Of a DNA stretch of 46,493 nucleotides, positions 33,727-46,493 are shown piece after piece (position 1 is the stretch's first letter; each line of letters opens with the position of its first letter). The translations under genes and the position numbers were made by a program. Origin of the DNA: Nemertoderma westbladi (taxonomy: Eukaryota; Animalia; Xenacoelomorpha); the NCBI GenBank assembly GCA_032718475.1, contig JAUCBJ010005218.1:1-46493 (forward strand). The letters are read 5' to 3'. The notes below the pieces were generated by a model. It did not search any database. It was given only the letters and a program-made list of their open reading frames with translations, and was not told the DNA's origin.

Positions 33727-36700
33727 TGTACAATACGGTTAGCCAAACTCAGGCCCTGTTGTACGACAATACGGGTAGCCAATCACAGGCCCTGTTGTAC
33801 AACAATACGGGTAGCCAAACACAGGCCCTGTTGTACGACAATACGGGTAGCCAAACAGGCCCTGTTGTACGACAATACGGGTAGCCAATCACAGGCTCTT
33901 TTGTACGACAATACGGGTAGCCAATCACAGGCCCTGTTGTACGACAATACGGGTAGCCGAACACAGGCCCTGTTGTACGACAATACGGGTAGCCAATCAC
34001 AGGCTGTTGTACGGCAATACGGTTAGCCAAACACTGGCCCTGTTGTACGACAATACGGGTAGCCAAACAGGCCCTGTTGTACGACAATACGGGTAGCCAA
34101 TCACAGGCCCTGTTGTACGACAATACGGGTAGCCAAACACAGGCCCTGTTGTACGACAATACGGGTAGCCAAACAGGCCCTATTGTACGACAATACGGGT
34201 AGCCAATCACAGGCCCTGTTGTCCGACAATACGGGTAGCCAAACACAGGCCCTGTTGTACGACAATACGGGAAGCCAATCACAGGCCCTGTTGTACGACA
34301 ATACGGGTAGCCAAACACAGGCCCTGTTGTACGACAATACGGGTAGCCAAACAGGCCCTGTTGTACGACAATATGGGTAGCCAATCACAGGCCCTGTTGT
34401 ACGACAATACGGGTAGCCAATCACAGGCCCTGTTGTACGACAATACGGGTAGCCAATCACAGGCCCTGTTGTACGACAATACGGTTAGCCAAACACAGGC
34501 CCTGTTGTACGACAAAACGGGTAGCCAATCACAGGCCCTGTTGTACGACAATACGGGTAGCCAAACAGGCCCTGTTGTACGACAATACGGGTAGCCAATC
34601 ACAGGCCCTGTTGTACGACAATACGGGTACCCAAACGCAGGCCCTGTTGTACGACAATACGGCTAGCGAAACACAGGCCCTGTTGTACGACAATACGGGT
34701 AGCCAATCACAGGCCCTGTTGTACGACAATACGGGTACCCAAACGCAGGACCTGTTGTACGACAATATGGGTAGACAAACACAGGCCCTGTTGTACGACA
34801 ATACGGGTAGCCAAACAGGCCCTGTTGTACGACAATACGGGTAGCCAATTACAGGCCCTGTTGTACGACAATACGGGTAGCCAAACACAGGCCCTGTTGT
34901 ACGACAATACGGGTAGCCAAACACAGGCCCTGTTGTACGACAATACGGGTAGCCAAACAGGCCCTGTTGTACGACAATACGGGTAGCCAATCACAGGCTC
35001 TTTTGTACGACAATACGGGTAGCCAATCACAGGCCCTGTTGTACGTCAATACGGGTAGCCGAACACAGGCCCTGTTGTACGACAATACGGCTAGCGAAAC
35101 ACAGGCCCTGTTGTACGACAATACGGGTAGCCAAACAGGCCCTGTTGTACGACAATACGGGTAGCCAATCACAGGCTCTTTTGTACGACAATACGGTTAG
35201 CCAAACACAGGCCCTGTTGTACGACAATACGGGTAGCCAAACACAGGCCCTGTTGTACGACAATACGGGGTAGCCAAATACAGGCCCTGTTGTACGACAA
35301 TACGGGTAGCCAAACAGGCCCTGTTGTACGACAATACGGGTAGCCAATCACAGGCTCTTTTGTACGACAATACGGTTAGCCAAACACAGGCCCTGTTGTA
35401 CGACAATACGGGTAGCCAATCACAGGCCCTGTTGTACGACAATACGGTTAGCCAAACACAGGCCCTTTTGTACAACAATACGGGTAGCCAAACAGGCCCC
35501 GTTGTACGACAATACGGGTAGCCAAACACAGGCCTTGTTGTACGACAATACGGGTAGCCAAACAGGCCCTGTTGTACGACAATACGGGTAGCCAATCACA
35601 GGCTCTTTTGTACGACAATACGGGTAGCCAATCACAGGACCTGTTGTACGACAATACGGGTAGCCGAACACAGGCCCTGTTGTACGACAATACGGGTAGC
35701 CAATCACAGGCTGTTGTACGACAATACGGTTAGCCAAACACAGGCCCTGTTGTACGACAATACGGGTAGCCAATCACAGGCCCTGTTGTACGACAATACG
35801 GTTAGCCAAACACAGGCCCTTTTGTACAACAATACGGGTAGCCAAACAGGCCCCGTTGTACGACAATACGGGTAGCCAAACACAGGCCCTGTTGTACGAC
35901 AATACGGGGTAGCCAAATACAGGCCCTGTTGTACGACAATACGGGTAGCCAAACACAGGCCCTGTTGTACGACAATACGGGTAGCCAAACAGGCCCTGTT
36001 GTACGACAATACGGGTAGCCAATCACAGGCCCTGTTGTACGACAATACGGGGTAGCCAAACACAGGCCCTGTTGTACGACAATACGGGTAGCCAAACAGG
36101 CCCTGTTATACGACAATACGGGTAGCCAATCACAGGCTCTGTTGTACGACAATACGGGTAGCTAAACACAGGCCCTGTTGTACGACAATATGGGTAGCCA
36201 AACAGGGTCTGTTGTACGACCATACGGGTAGCCAAACACAGGCCCTGTTGTACGACAATACGGGTAGCCAAACAGGCCCTGTTGTACGACAATACGGGTA
36301 GCCAATCACAGGCCCTGTTGTACGACAATACGGGTAGCCAATCACAGGCCCTGTTGTACGACAATACGGGTAGCCAAACACAGGCCCTGTTGTACGACAA
36401 TACGGGTAGCCAAACAGGCCCTGTTGTACGACAATACGGGTAGCCAAACACAGGCCCTGTTGTACGACAATACGGGTAGCCAATCACAGGCCCTGTTGTA
36501 CGACAATACGGGTAGCCAAACGCATGCCCTGTTGTACGACAATACGGCTAGCGAAACACAGGCCCTGTTGTACGACAATACGGGTAGCCAATCACAGGCC
36601 CTGTTGTACGACAATACGGGTACCCAAACGCAGGACCTGTTGTACGACAATATGGGTAGACAAACACAGGCCCTGTTGTACGACAATACGGGTAGCCAAT

Positions 36701-39700
36701 CACAGGCCCTGTTGTACGACAATACGGGTACCCAAACGCAGGCCCTGTTGTACGACAATACGGCTAGCGAAACACAGGCCCTGTTGTACGACAATACGGG
36801 TAGCCAATCACAGGCCCTGTTGTACGACAATACGGGTACCCAAACGCAGGACCTGTTGTACGACAATATGGGTAGACAAACACAGGCCCTGTTGTACGAC
36901 AATACGGGTAGCCAAACGGGCCCTGTTGTACGACAATACGGGTAGCCAATCACAGGCCCTGTTGTACGACAATACGGGTAGCCAAACACAGGCCCTGTTG
37001 TACGACAATACGGGTAGCCAAACACAGGCCCTGTTGTACGACAATACGGGTAGCCAAACAGGCCCTGTTGTACGACAATACGGGTAGCCAATCACAGGCT
37101 CTTTTGTACGACAATACGGGTAGCCAATCACAGGTCCTGTTGTACGACAATACGGGTAGCCGAACACAGGCCCTGTTGTACGACAATACGGCTAGCGAAA
37201 CACAGGCCCTGTTGTACGACAATACGGGTAGCCAAACAGGCCCTGTTGTACGACAATACGGGTAGCCAAACAGGCCCTGTTGTACGACAATACGGGTAGC
37301 CAATCACAGGCTCTTTTGTACGACAATACGGTTAGCCAAACACAGGCCCTGTTGTACGACAATACGGGTAGCCAAACACAGGCCCTGTTGTACGACAATA
37401 CGGGGTAGCCAAATACAGGCCCTGTTGTACGACAATACGGGTAGCCAAACAGGCCCTGTTGTACGACAATACGGGTAGCCAATCACAGGCTCTTTTGTAC
37501 GACAATACGGTTAGCCAAACACAGGCCCTGTTGTACGACAATACGGGTAGCCAATCACAGGCCCTGTTGTACGACAATACGGTTAGCCAAACACAGGCCC
37601 TTTTGTACAACAATACGGGTAGCCAAACAGGCCCCGTTGTACGACAATACGGGTAGCCAAACACAGGCCCTGTTGTACGACAATACGGGTAGCCAAACAG
37701 GCCCTGTTGTACGACAATACGGGTAGCCAATCACAGGCTCTTTTGTACGACAATACGGGTAGCCAATCACAGGCCCTGTTGTACGACAATACGGGTAGCC
37801 GAACACAGGCCCTGTTGTACGACAATACGGGTAGCCAATCACAGGCTGTTGTACGACAATACGGTTAGCCAAACACAGGCCCTGTTGTACGACAATACGG
37901 GTAGCCAATCACAGGCCCTGTTGTACGACAATACGGTTAGCCAAACACAGGCCCTTTTGTACAACAATACGGGTAGCCAAACAGGCCCCGTTGTACGACA
38001 ATACGGGTAGCCAAACACAGGCCCTGTTGTACGACAATACGGGGTAGCCAAATACAGGCCCTGTTGTACGACAATACGGGTAGCCAAACACAGGCCCTGT
38101 TGTACGACAATACGGGTAGCCAAACAGGCCCTGTTGTACGACAATACGGGTAGCCAATCACAGGCCCTGTTGTACGACAATACGGGGTAGCCAAACACAG
38201 GCCCTGTTGTACGACAATACGGGTAGCCAAACAGGCCCTGTTATACGACAATACGGGTAGCCAATCACAGGCTCTGTTGTACGACAATACGGGTAGCTAA
38301 ACACAGGCCCTGTTGTACGACAATATGGGTAGCCAAACAGGGTCTGTTGTACGACCATACGGGTAGCCAAACACAGGCCCTGTTGTACGACAATACGGGT
38401 AGCCAAACAGGCCCTGTTGTACGACAATACGGGTAGCCAATCACAGGCCCTGTTGTACGACAATACGGGTAGCCAATCACAGGCCCTGTTGTACGACAAT
38501 ACGGGTAGCCAAACACAGGCCCTGTTGTACGACAATACGGGTAGCCAAACAGGCCCTGTTGTACGACAATACGGGTAGCCAAACACAGGCCCTGTTGTAC
38601 GACAATACGGGTAGCCAATCACAGGCCCTGTTGTACGACAATACGGGTAGCCAAACACAGGCCCTGTTGTACGACAATACGGGTAGCCAAACAGGCCCTG
38701 TTGTACGACAATACGGGTAGCCAATCACAGGCTCTTTTGTACGACAATACGGGTAGCCAATCACAGGCCCTGTTGTACGACAATACGGGTAGCCGAACAC
38801 AGGCCCTGTTGTACGACAATACGGCTAGCGAAACACAGGCCCTGTTGTACGACAATACGGGTAGCCAAACAGGCCCTGTTGTACGACAATACGGGTAGCC
38901 AATCACAGGCCCTGTTGTACGACAATACGGGTAGCCAATCACAGGCCCTGTTGTACGACAATACGGGTAGCCAAACACAGGCCCTGTTGTACGACAATAC
39001 GGGTAGCCAAACAGGCCCTGTTGTACGACAATACGGGTAGCCAAACACAGGCCCTGTTGTACGACAATACGGGTAGCCAATCACAGGCCCTGTTGTACGA
39101 CAATACGGGTAGCCAATCACAGGCCCTGTTGTACGACAATACGGGTAGCCAAACACAGGCCCTGTTGTACGACAATACGGGTAGCCAAACAGGCCCTGTT
39201 GTACGACAATACGGGTAGCCAATCACAGGCCCTGTTGTACGACAATACGGGGTAGCCAAACACAGGCCCTGTTGTACGACAATACGGGTAGCCAAACAGG
39301 CCCTGTTGTACGACAATACGGGTAGCCAAACACAGGCCCTGTTGTACGACAATACGGGTAGCCAAACACAGGCCCTGTTGTACGACAATACGGGTAGCCA
39401 ATCACAGGCCCTGTTGTACGACAATACGGGTAGCCAAACACAGGCCCTGTTGTACGACAATACGGGTAGCCAAACACAGGCCCTGTTGTACGACAATACG
39501 GGTAGCCAAACACAGGCCCTGTTGTACGACAATACGGGTAGCTAAACACAGGCCCTGTTGTACGACAATACGGGTAGCCAATCACAGGCCCTGTTGTACG
39601 ACAATACGGGTAGCCAAACACAGGCCCTGTTGTACGACAATACGGGTAGCTAAACACAGGCCCTGTTGTACGACAATACGGGTAGCCAAACACAGGCCCT

Positions 39701-42675
39701 GTTGTACGACAATACGGGTAGCCAAACACAGGCCCTGTTGTACGACAATACGGGTAGCCAAACACAGGCCCTGTTGTACGACAATACGGGTAGCCAAACA
39801 CAGGCCCTGTTGTACGACAATACGGGTAGCTAAACACAGGCCCTGTTGTACGACAATACGGGTAGCCAATCACAGGCCCTGTTGTACGACAATACGGGTA
39901 GCCAAACACAGGCCCTGTTGTACGACAATACGGGTAGCTAAACACAGGCCCTGTTGTACGACAATACGGGTAGCCAAACACAGGCCCTGTTATACGACAA
40001 TACGGGTAGCCAAACACAGGCCCTGTTGTACGACAATACGGGTAGCCAAACACAGGCCCTGTTGTACGACAATACGGGTAGCCAAACACAGGCCCTGTTA
40101 TACGACAATACGGGTAGCTAAACACAGGCCCTGTTGTACGACAATACGGGTAGCCAAACACAGGCCCTGTTATACGACAATACGGGTAGCCAAACACAGG
40201 CCCTGTTGTACGACAATACGGGTAGCCAATCACAGGCTCTGTTGTACGACAATACGGGTAGCTAAACACAGGCCCTGTTGTACGACAATATGGGTAGCCA
40301 AACAGGGTCTGTTGTACGACAATACGGGTAGCCAATCACAGGCCCTGTTGTACGACAATACGGTTAGCCAAACACAGGCCCTGTTGTACGACAATACGGG
40401 TAGCCAAACACAGGCCCTGTTGTACGACAATACGGGTAGCCAAACACAGGCCCTGTTATACGACAATACGGGTAGCTAAACACAGGCCCTGTTGTACGAC
40501 AATACGGGTAGCCAATCACAGGCTCTGTTGTACGACAATACGGGTAGCTAAACACAGGCCCTGTTGTACGACAATATGGGTAGCCAAACAGGGTCTGTTG
40601 TACGACAATACGGTTAGCCAAACACAGGCCCTGTTGTACGACAATACGGGTAGCCAAACACAGGCCCTGTTGTACGACAATACGGGTAGCCAAACACAGG
40701 CCCTGTTGTACGACAATACGGGTAGCCAAACCCAGGCCCTGTTGTACGACAATACGGGTAGCTAAACACAGGCCCTGTTGTACGACAATACGGGTAGCTA
40801 AACAGGCCCTGTTGTACGACAATACGGGTAGCCAATCACAGGCCCTGTTGTACGACAATACGGGTAGCCAAACACAGGCCCTGTTGTACGACAATACGGG
40901 TAGCCAAACACAGGCCCTGTTGTACGACAATACGGGTAGCTAAACACAGGCCCTGTTGTACGACAATACGGGTAGCTAAACACAGGCCCTGTTGTACGAC
41001 AATACGGGTAGCCAAACACAGGCCCTGTTGTACGACAATACGGGTAGCCAAACACAGGCCCTGTTGTACGACAATACGGGTAGCCAAACACAGGCCCTGT
41101 TATACGACAATACGGGTAGCTAAACACAGGCCCTGTTGTACGACAATACGGGTAGCCAATCACAGGCCCTGTTGTACGACAATACGGGTAGCCAAACACA
41201 GGCCCTGTTGTACGACAATACGGGTAGCCAAACACTGGCCCTGTTATACGACAATACGGGTAGCTAAACACAGGCCCTGTTGTACGACAATACGGGTAGC
41301 CAATCACAGGCCCTGTTATACGACAATACGGGTAGCCAATCACAGGCTCTGTTGTACGACAATACGGGTAGCTAAACACAGGCCCTGTTGTACGACAATA
41401 CGGGTAGCTAAACACAGGCCCTGTTGTACGACAATACGGGTAGCCAATCACAGGCCCTGTTATACGACAATACGGGTAGCTAAACACAGGCCCTGTTGTA
41501 CGACAATACGGGTAGCCAAACACAGGCCCTGTTATACGACAATACGGGTAGCTAAACACAGGCCCTGTTGTACGACAATACGGGTAGCCAATCACAGGCC
41601 CTGTTATACGACAATACGGGTAGCTAAACACAGGCCCTGTTGTACGACAATACGGGTAGCCAATCACAGGCTCTGTTGTACGACAATACGGGTAGCTAAA
41701 CACAGGCCCTGTTGTACGACAATACGGGTAGCCAATCACAGGCCCTGTTGTACGACCATACGGGTAGCCAAACACAGGCCCTGTTGTACGACAATACGGG
41801 TAGCCAAACAGGGTCTGTTGTACGACAATACGGTTAGCCAAACACAGGCCCTGTTGTACGACAATACGGGTAGCCAAACACAGGCCCTGTTGTACGACAA
41901 TACGGGTAGCCAAACACAGGCCCTGTTATACGACAATACGGGTAGCTAAACACAGGCCCTGTTGTACGACAATACGGGTAGCCAATCACAGGCCCTGTTG
42001 TACGACAATATGGGTAGCCATACACAGGCCCTGTTGTACGACAATACGGGTAGCCAAACCCAGGCCCTGTTGTACGACAATACGGGTAGCTAAACACAGG
42101 CCCTGTTGTACGACAATACGGGTAGCTAAACAGGCCCTGTTGTACGACAATACGGGTAGCCAATCACAGGCCCTGTTGTACGACAATACGGGTAGCCAAA
42201 CACAGGCCCTGTTGTACGACAATATGGGTAGCCAAACAGGGTCTGTTGTACGACAATACGGTTAGCTAAACACAGGCCCTGTTGTACGACAATACGGGTA
42301 GCCAAACACAGGCCCTGTTGTACGACAATACGGGTAGCCAAACACAGGCCCTGTTGTACGACAATACGGGTAGCCAAACAGGCCCTGTTGTACGACAATA
42401 CGGGTAGCCAAACAGGCCCTGTTGTATGACAATACGGGTAGCCAATCACAGGCCCTGTTGTACGACAATACGGGTAGCTAAACACAGGCCCTGTTGTACG
42501 ACAATACGGGTAGCTAAACAGGCCCTGTTGTACGACAATACGGGTAGCCAATCACAGGCCCTGTTGTACGACAATACGGGTAGCCAAACACAGGCCCTGT
42601 TGTACGACAATACGGGTAGCCAATCACAGGCCCTGTTGTACGACAATACGGGTAGTCAAACAGGCCCTGTTGTAC
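33727..42675. repeat. Tandem satellite of 36-bp units (34-bp variant), roughly 250 copies
   Basis: Consensus CACAGGCCCTGTTGTACGACAATACGGGTAGCCAAW, head-to-tail with no spacers and high homogeneity. All ORFs here are repeat translations. Confidence 0.98.
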
Positions 42676-43168
42676 ATTCGGTCAAATTAATGGCCTATTG
42701 TTGAAGTAGAAAAAGTGTCTTCCGTTTTTGTTTACCATGTTATAATAGAATACATACTAATCTGACAGACTTGCAAAAATATGCCACTATAACCTGTTCA
42801 TTTCCCATATTGTATAAATTATAGGCCTATTGTTAATAATACAGGACCCCTTGTAAATAATCTAAAAAACTTTAAGTGTAAACCTATATGGTTTTGTTAT
42901 GTTGTACAATCTTAGATATACATTGTTTGGTGTATTAATTGTTAGTTGTGGATTAAATAAACTTAGCAATATGATATCTGGTAGTAAACTGGTTTGTTAT
43001 TTAATATAGCCAATAATGAAATTATTTTAAAATATAATACGATTAAATGAAAATGCAGCACAACAGCAAAGAAGGATAGTAATTACATAGATACGTAATA
43101 TTAACTGCTAATCGAATTCCCCTCAGTAAATACTGAAGTCCCAAGCACGACTGTTACTGCTTAATTAA

Positions 43169-45681
43169 CCCTATTTGGCCCGGGGGGGGGGGGGGGGGGG
43201 GGGGTCATTTTAGAGATTTTTTATAACTTATATGTATGTATCTCTGAGTCAGGATTGTTGGAAAAAACGAGAATATATCTAAAATTTTATTGGCTATCCA
43301 ATAGAACAAACGCCATTTACATGGCCATGTTAGTTTTCGGGCTGTGGTCCCTTTCTTTGCACCAATCTCCAGTAATTTTCGCGCTAAAATTTTCAAAAGT
43401 TTTTATGGCTCACTAAAATAAATTTATTTGCGAAATATAGCGGATTTTTGGACACTGATCCCGATTATAGAACTCAAATATAACACTGCCATTTTTTATG
43501 GTAATTTTGTATGTAAGAATTTCGATTTTGATCGAAAGAATGATAATGTAAAATGACCACAAAATAAATTGATTTTATGACCATATAGGTTTTCTGGGAC
43601 GCTGATCACGAATATGACACTCAAAAATATCGTATTATCCAACCAAATACTATTTTTGTCGTTTGAAATTTTTTGCTACTTGTATTTTACGTCCCACCTG
43701 ACAAGTACCAACACTGATAGTTGCGTTACCACGATGATTTTTAACGAGTTGTATCGTGATGAGCGACCTTAAAACCAGAGCTTCAGAATTACCAAACCAA
43801 AGGCAAAAAAATTTAACAGTTTATAATTTTGAGCTACTTGTACTTTTCGTTCTGGGGCACCAGAATGGCACCAAAATTTGGTTTGCATTTATTTATATAT
43901 TTATTTATTTATTTACGTTCAGAATTATCAAACCAAACCCAACATTTTTAGTTTGACAATTGTTTATTTATACTTTTCGTACTGGGGGACCAAAATAGCA
44001 CCAACAGATGGTTGCATTGCCAGAAAATATTTTTAACAAGTTTTATCGCGCTCAGCGACCTCGAAAACCCTTATAGCATCAAGATTTCAAATTTTGAACC
44101 GCGATTTAAAAAATTTCTAAAATGACCGCCCCCCCCCCCCCCCCCCCGGGCCAATGGGGTAGACGACTCGGAAATTTTTTTTCGAGTTTTCGTTGGTTTC
44201 ATGTGAAAGAGCATGTGAAAAAAACCCCAGAGAGCAATTTTACTTCAAAAAAATAACATTGGTAGAGTTATAGCGATTTTAAAACGCAAAATTAGCAACA
44301 TCGAAAAATCAGGCCGTTTCAGAAAACTGTACGAGTGACGTCAGCCATAACACAGCAACAGTTGTCAAGCGCTGTTGATTGGCTAATATAAAGTATAATA
44401 TTGCAGTTTTCTTATCTAAAATAAATCAAATAATAAATGTAGCTAAGTATTTATTTGGATGTGTATATTTGTGTTGTGTTAAGAATCGATTATGGGATAG
44501 CGGTATGGAGGCAGATTATTCATATCAAGTTAATTATTCTATAATAATATTTATTTCGCGGTTCGCCCATACCTGTACCGTAGAGCTGTAGCTAAAAATA
44601 AATATAGCTAGCTAAATACTACCAGGCGTTTCATTAATCTATTTTTTAATTGTTTTTACAGCGAACAATGCGGGATGGGTAGATTAGCTCTAGTTGGAAA
44701 TTATTTAGATTTTTTGTCAGTTCACTGTAAAGTGTTACTGGTACTAGTGTTGCCCGTGTCACCATTATTTTGCCTTTCATCATAGCTGTTTTTGGTTTGA
44801 CATCCAAAAATATCAAAGTACCAAAAAAATACCAAAACATAATGTTTTGGGCTATTGATTTATGTTCTTGACATATTGGCGAGTTACATGTGAAAAAAAA
44901 ATGTTTTAAAGAAAATGAAAACAAATGTTTGTGGTAGCTAGTGTTTTCAATGGTATGTACTGTTTTAATAATGTAGCTTGTTTTTATAAAATACCACAAA
45001 ATCTTATTTTTTGATGGCATTTCAGTAACCTTCCACATGACTGCCTGCATGACTGCATGACTAGCTACTGACTAACTATCAATGCTATTTGGAATTCAAT
45101 AATTTAACTTGTATAAAAATAATTGCATTCGAAAAAGTGCGAATCCACAATCTAATCCAAAGTAATCTAAGTTTTGAAGCTGAATAAAACATCAATAAGC
45201 TACTGGATTTCTACCACCTGGCAGTTTTAGCTACAAAATATGTTTTATTTTTATAGCTAACAACTGTATAGTTTGGGATAAATAAATATTATTCTGGAAT
45301 AATTAACTTGTTATGAATCAATTTCCGCCATAAGATATCAAATAATGTATTCTTAACACAACACAAAAACACACCAAATAAATATTAGCTACACTATTTA
45401 TTTTAGTTACTAAGAGATTTATATTGTATAGTAACCAATGAACATTTACTGCTGCACGAGTGACGTCACTAGTGCAGTTTTCTGAAACGGCCTGATTTTT
45501 CGATGTTGCTAATTTTGCGTTTTAAAATCGCTATAACTCGGCCAATATTAATTTTTTTGAAGTAAAATTGCTCTCTGGGGTTTTTTCACATGCTCTTTCA
45601 CATGAAACCAACGAAAACTCGAAAAAATATTTCCGAGTCGTCTACCCCATTACGTTGTAAAATAGCCCGGGCCAAAAAGAG
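43169..45681. mobile_element. TTAA-flanked piggyBac-like MITE, interrupted near its right end
   Basis: TTAA|CCCTATTTGGCCCGGG ... CCCGGGCCAAAAAGAG|TTAA. Internal inverted blocks: polyG-GGTCATTTTAGA (~43182-43213) and TCTAAAATGACC-polyC (~44116-44147). Confidence 0.8.
44156..45648. mobile_element. ISL2EU-like element, copy 2 (inverted relative to copy 1, further deleted)
   Basis: Same ~190-bp TIRs and AT flanks. The interior is colinear in reverse with 6111-7923 but lacks the transposase/YqaJ segment. Confidence 0.85.
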
Positions 45682-46493
45682 TTAATAAACATATTACACC
45701 AACAACAAGCAAAGTTTGTATATTTAATTACTGTATATTACTACATTAATAAAAATAGAAAGCAAATTAATAATTAGCGCTACAACAAAAAGGGTGATTG
45801 TGGTTGGTCAGCATCAGAATACGATGAATAAAAATATAATCTGGGAATCTTTCAATTTGTTAGATTTGGGTTTTATTCTTTACATAGGACAATTAATTAC
45901 ACAAGTTAAAATTTAGAAAATGTAGATGATTTTAAACAAGAAGTAACAGAAACTGAACTGTAATGCTAATAAGGTATTATACTCTAAAGTCTACTGTATA
46001 TAAACCAAAATAGGGTAGTAGCTTTAATGAATAAGTGTCACGGACCCACTTTAGCAGAGCTATATTATGTTTGTCTATGTGCACCCATGCCCAAAGGACT
46101 CGATGTAGAGAACACAACATAACTAAAAATATCAGTATGCAATGCAGCAATAGAGTAAATATTACCACAGACAGTTGCAATTCAAATTAGGTTTTAATAT
46201 TTATAACGGAATCTAAATATATATAAAGCAAACAGGGACTTGGTAAGGGATGTAAATTGTGTAAATAAGAATATGTATAATAAATATGTAATAATACTAA
46301 TAAATGTCTCAAAACTAATAATATGTTAAAAAGTGTAAAATAACTTTTTGAAAATCATTTTATAGCGACTAGCTACACTAAGTATGATTTTCGAAATATC
46401 AATTCAATGGGTAGATATAATATTTTGTTCATATTCTTATTATTCTTATTCGTAATCATGTTGATTTTTGTTTGTTATTTCAATAAATTGTGT

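Noticed and set aside
33727-42675. CRISPR array (36-bp partly palindromic repeat) or repetitive protein gene
   Set aside because: Units are directly adjacent with no unique spacers, there are no cas genes and the context is eukaryotic. ORFs occur in all frames and shift at every 34-bp unit.
45977-46180. 67-aa ORF, or a RecQ-like helicase remnant (VVFSTSSPLGMG...VGP in another frame)
   Set aside because: The resemblance is too short and stop-interrupted to support by eye. A BLASTX/HMM search of 45700-46300 would be needed.

Overview
AT-rich, repeat-dominated eukaryotic DNA, most likely from an invertebrate animal. It holds only two convincing host genes, arranged head-to-head and both with intron-free coding sequences: an SRSF3/SRSF7-family splicing factor (RS-Gly-RRM-zinc knuckle; 4392-5096, minus) and gamma-tubulin complex component 6 (TUBGCP6; 22235-26605, plus). 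Most of the rest is layered mobile and tandem DNA. (1) Foldback and MITE elements with recognisable TIRs and TSDs: two hAT-like with 8-bp TSDs, one piggyBac-like with TTAA, and two ISL2EU-like with AT TSDs, one of which keeps a YqaJ exonuclease remnant. (2) Five tandem or nested copies of a non-autonomous Helitron/Helentron carrying RFX X-box-like palindromes about every 153 bp. (3) A (GGGT)n-rich minisatellite. (4) Decayed L2-like, RTE-like and Ty3/Gypsy retroelements. (5) A ~9-kb satellite of 36/34-bp units with a ~2.1-kb higher-order duplication. Finer signals include TA-duplicating insertions that look like transposon excision scars, a 56-bp perfect palindrome with an 8-bp direct repeat, a MITE with tRNA-like boxes in both arms, and one identical 21-bp motif at three unrelated sites. 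Most short ORFs in the track are artefacts of repeats. All family assignments are by eye from motifs; no database search was run.
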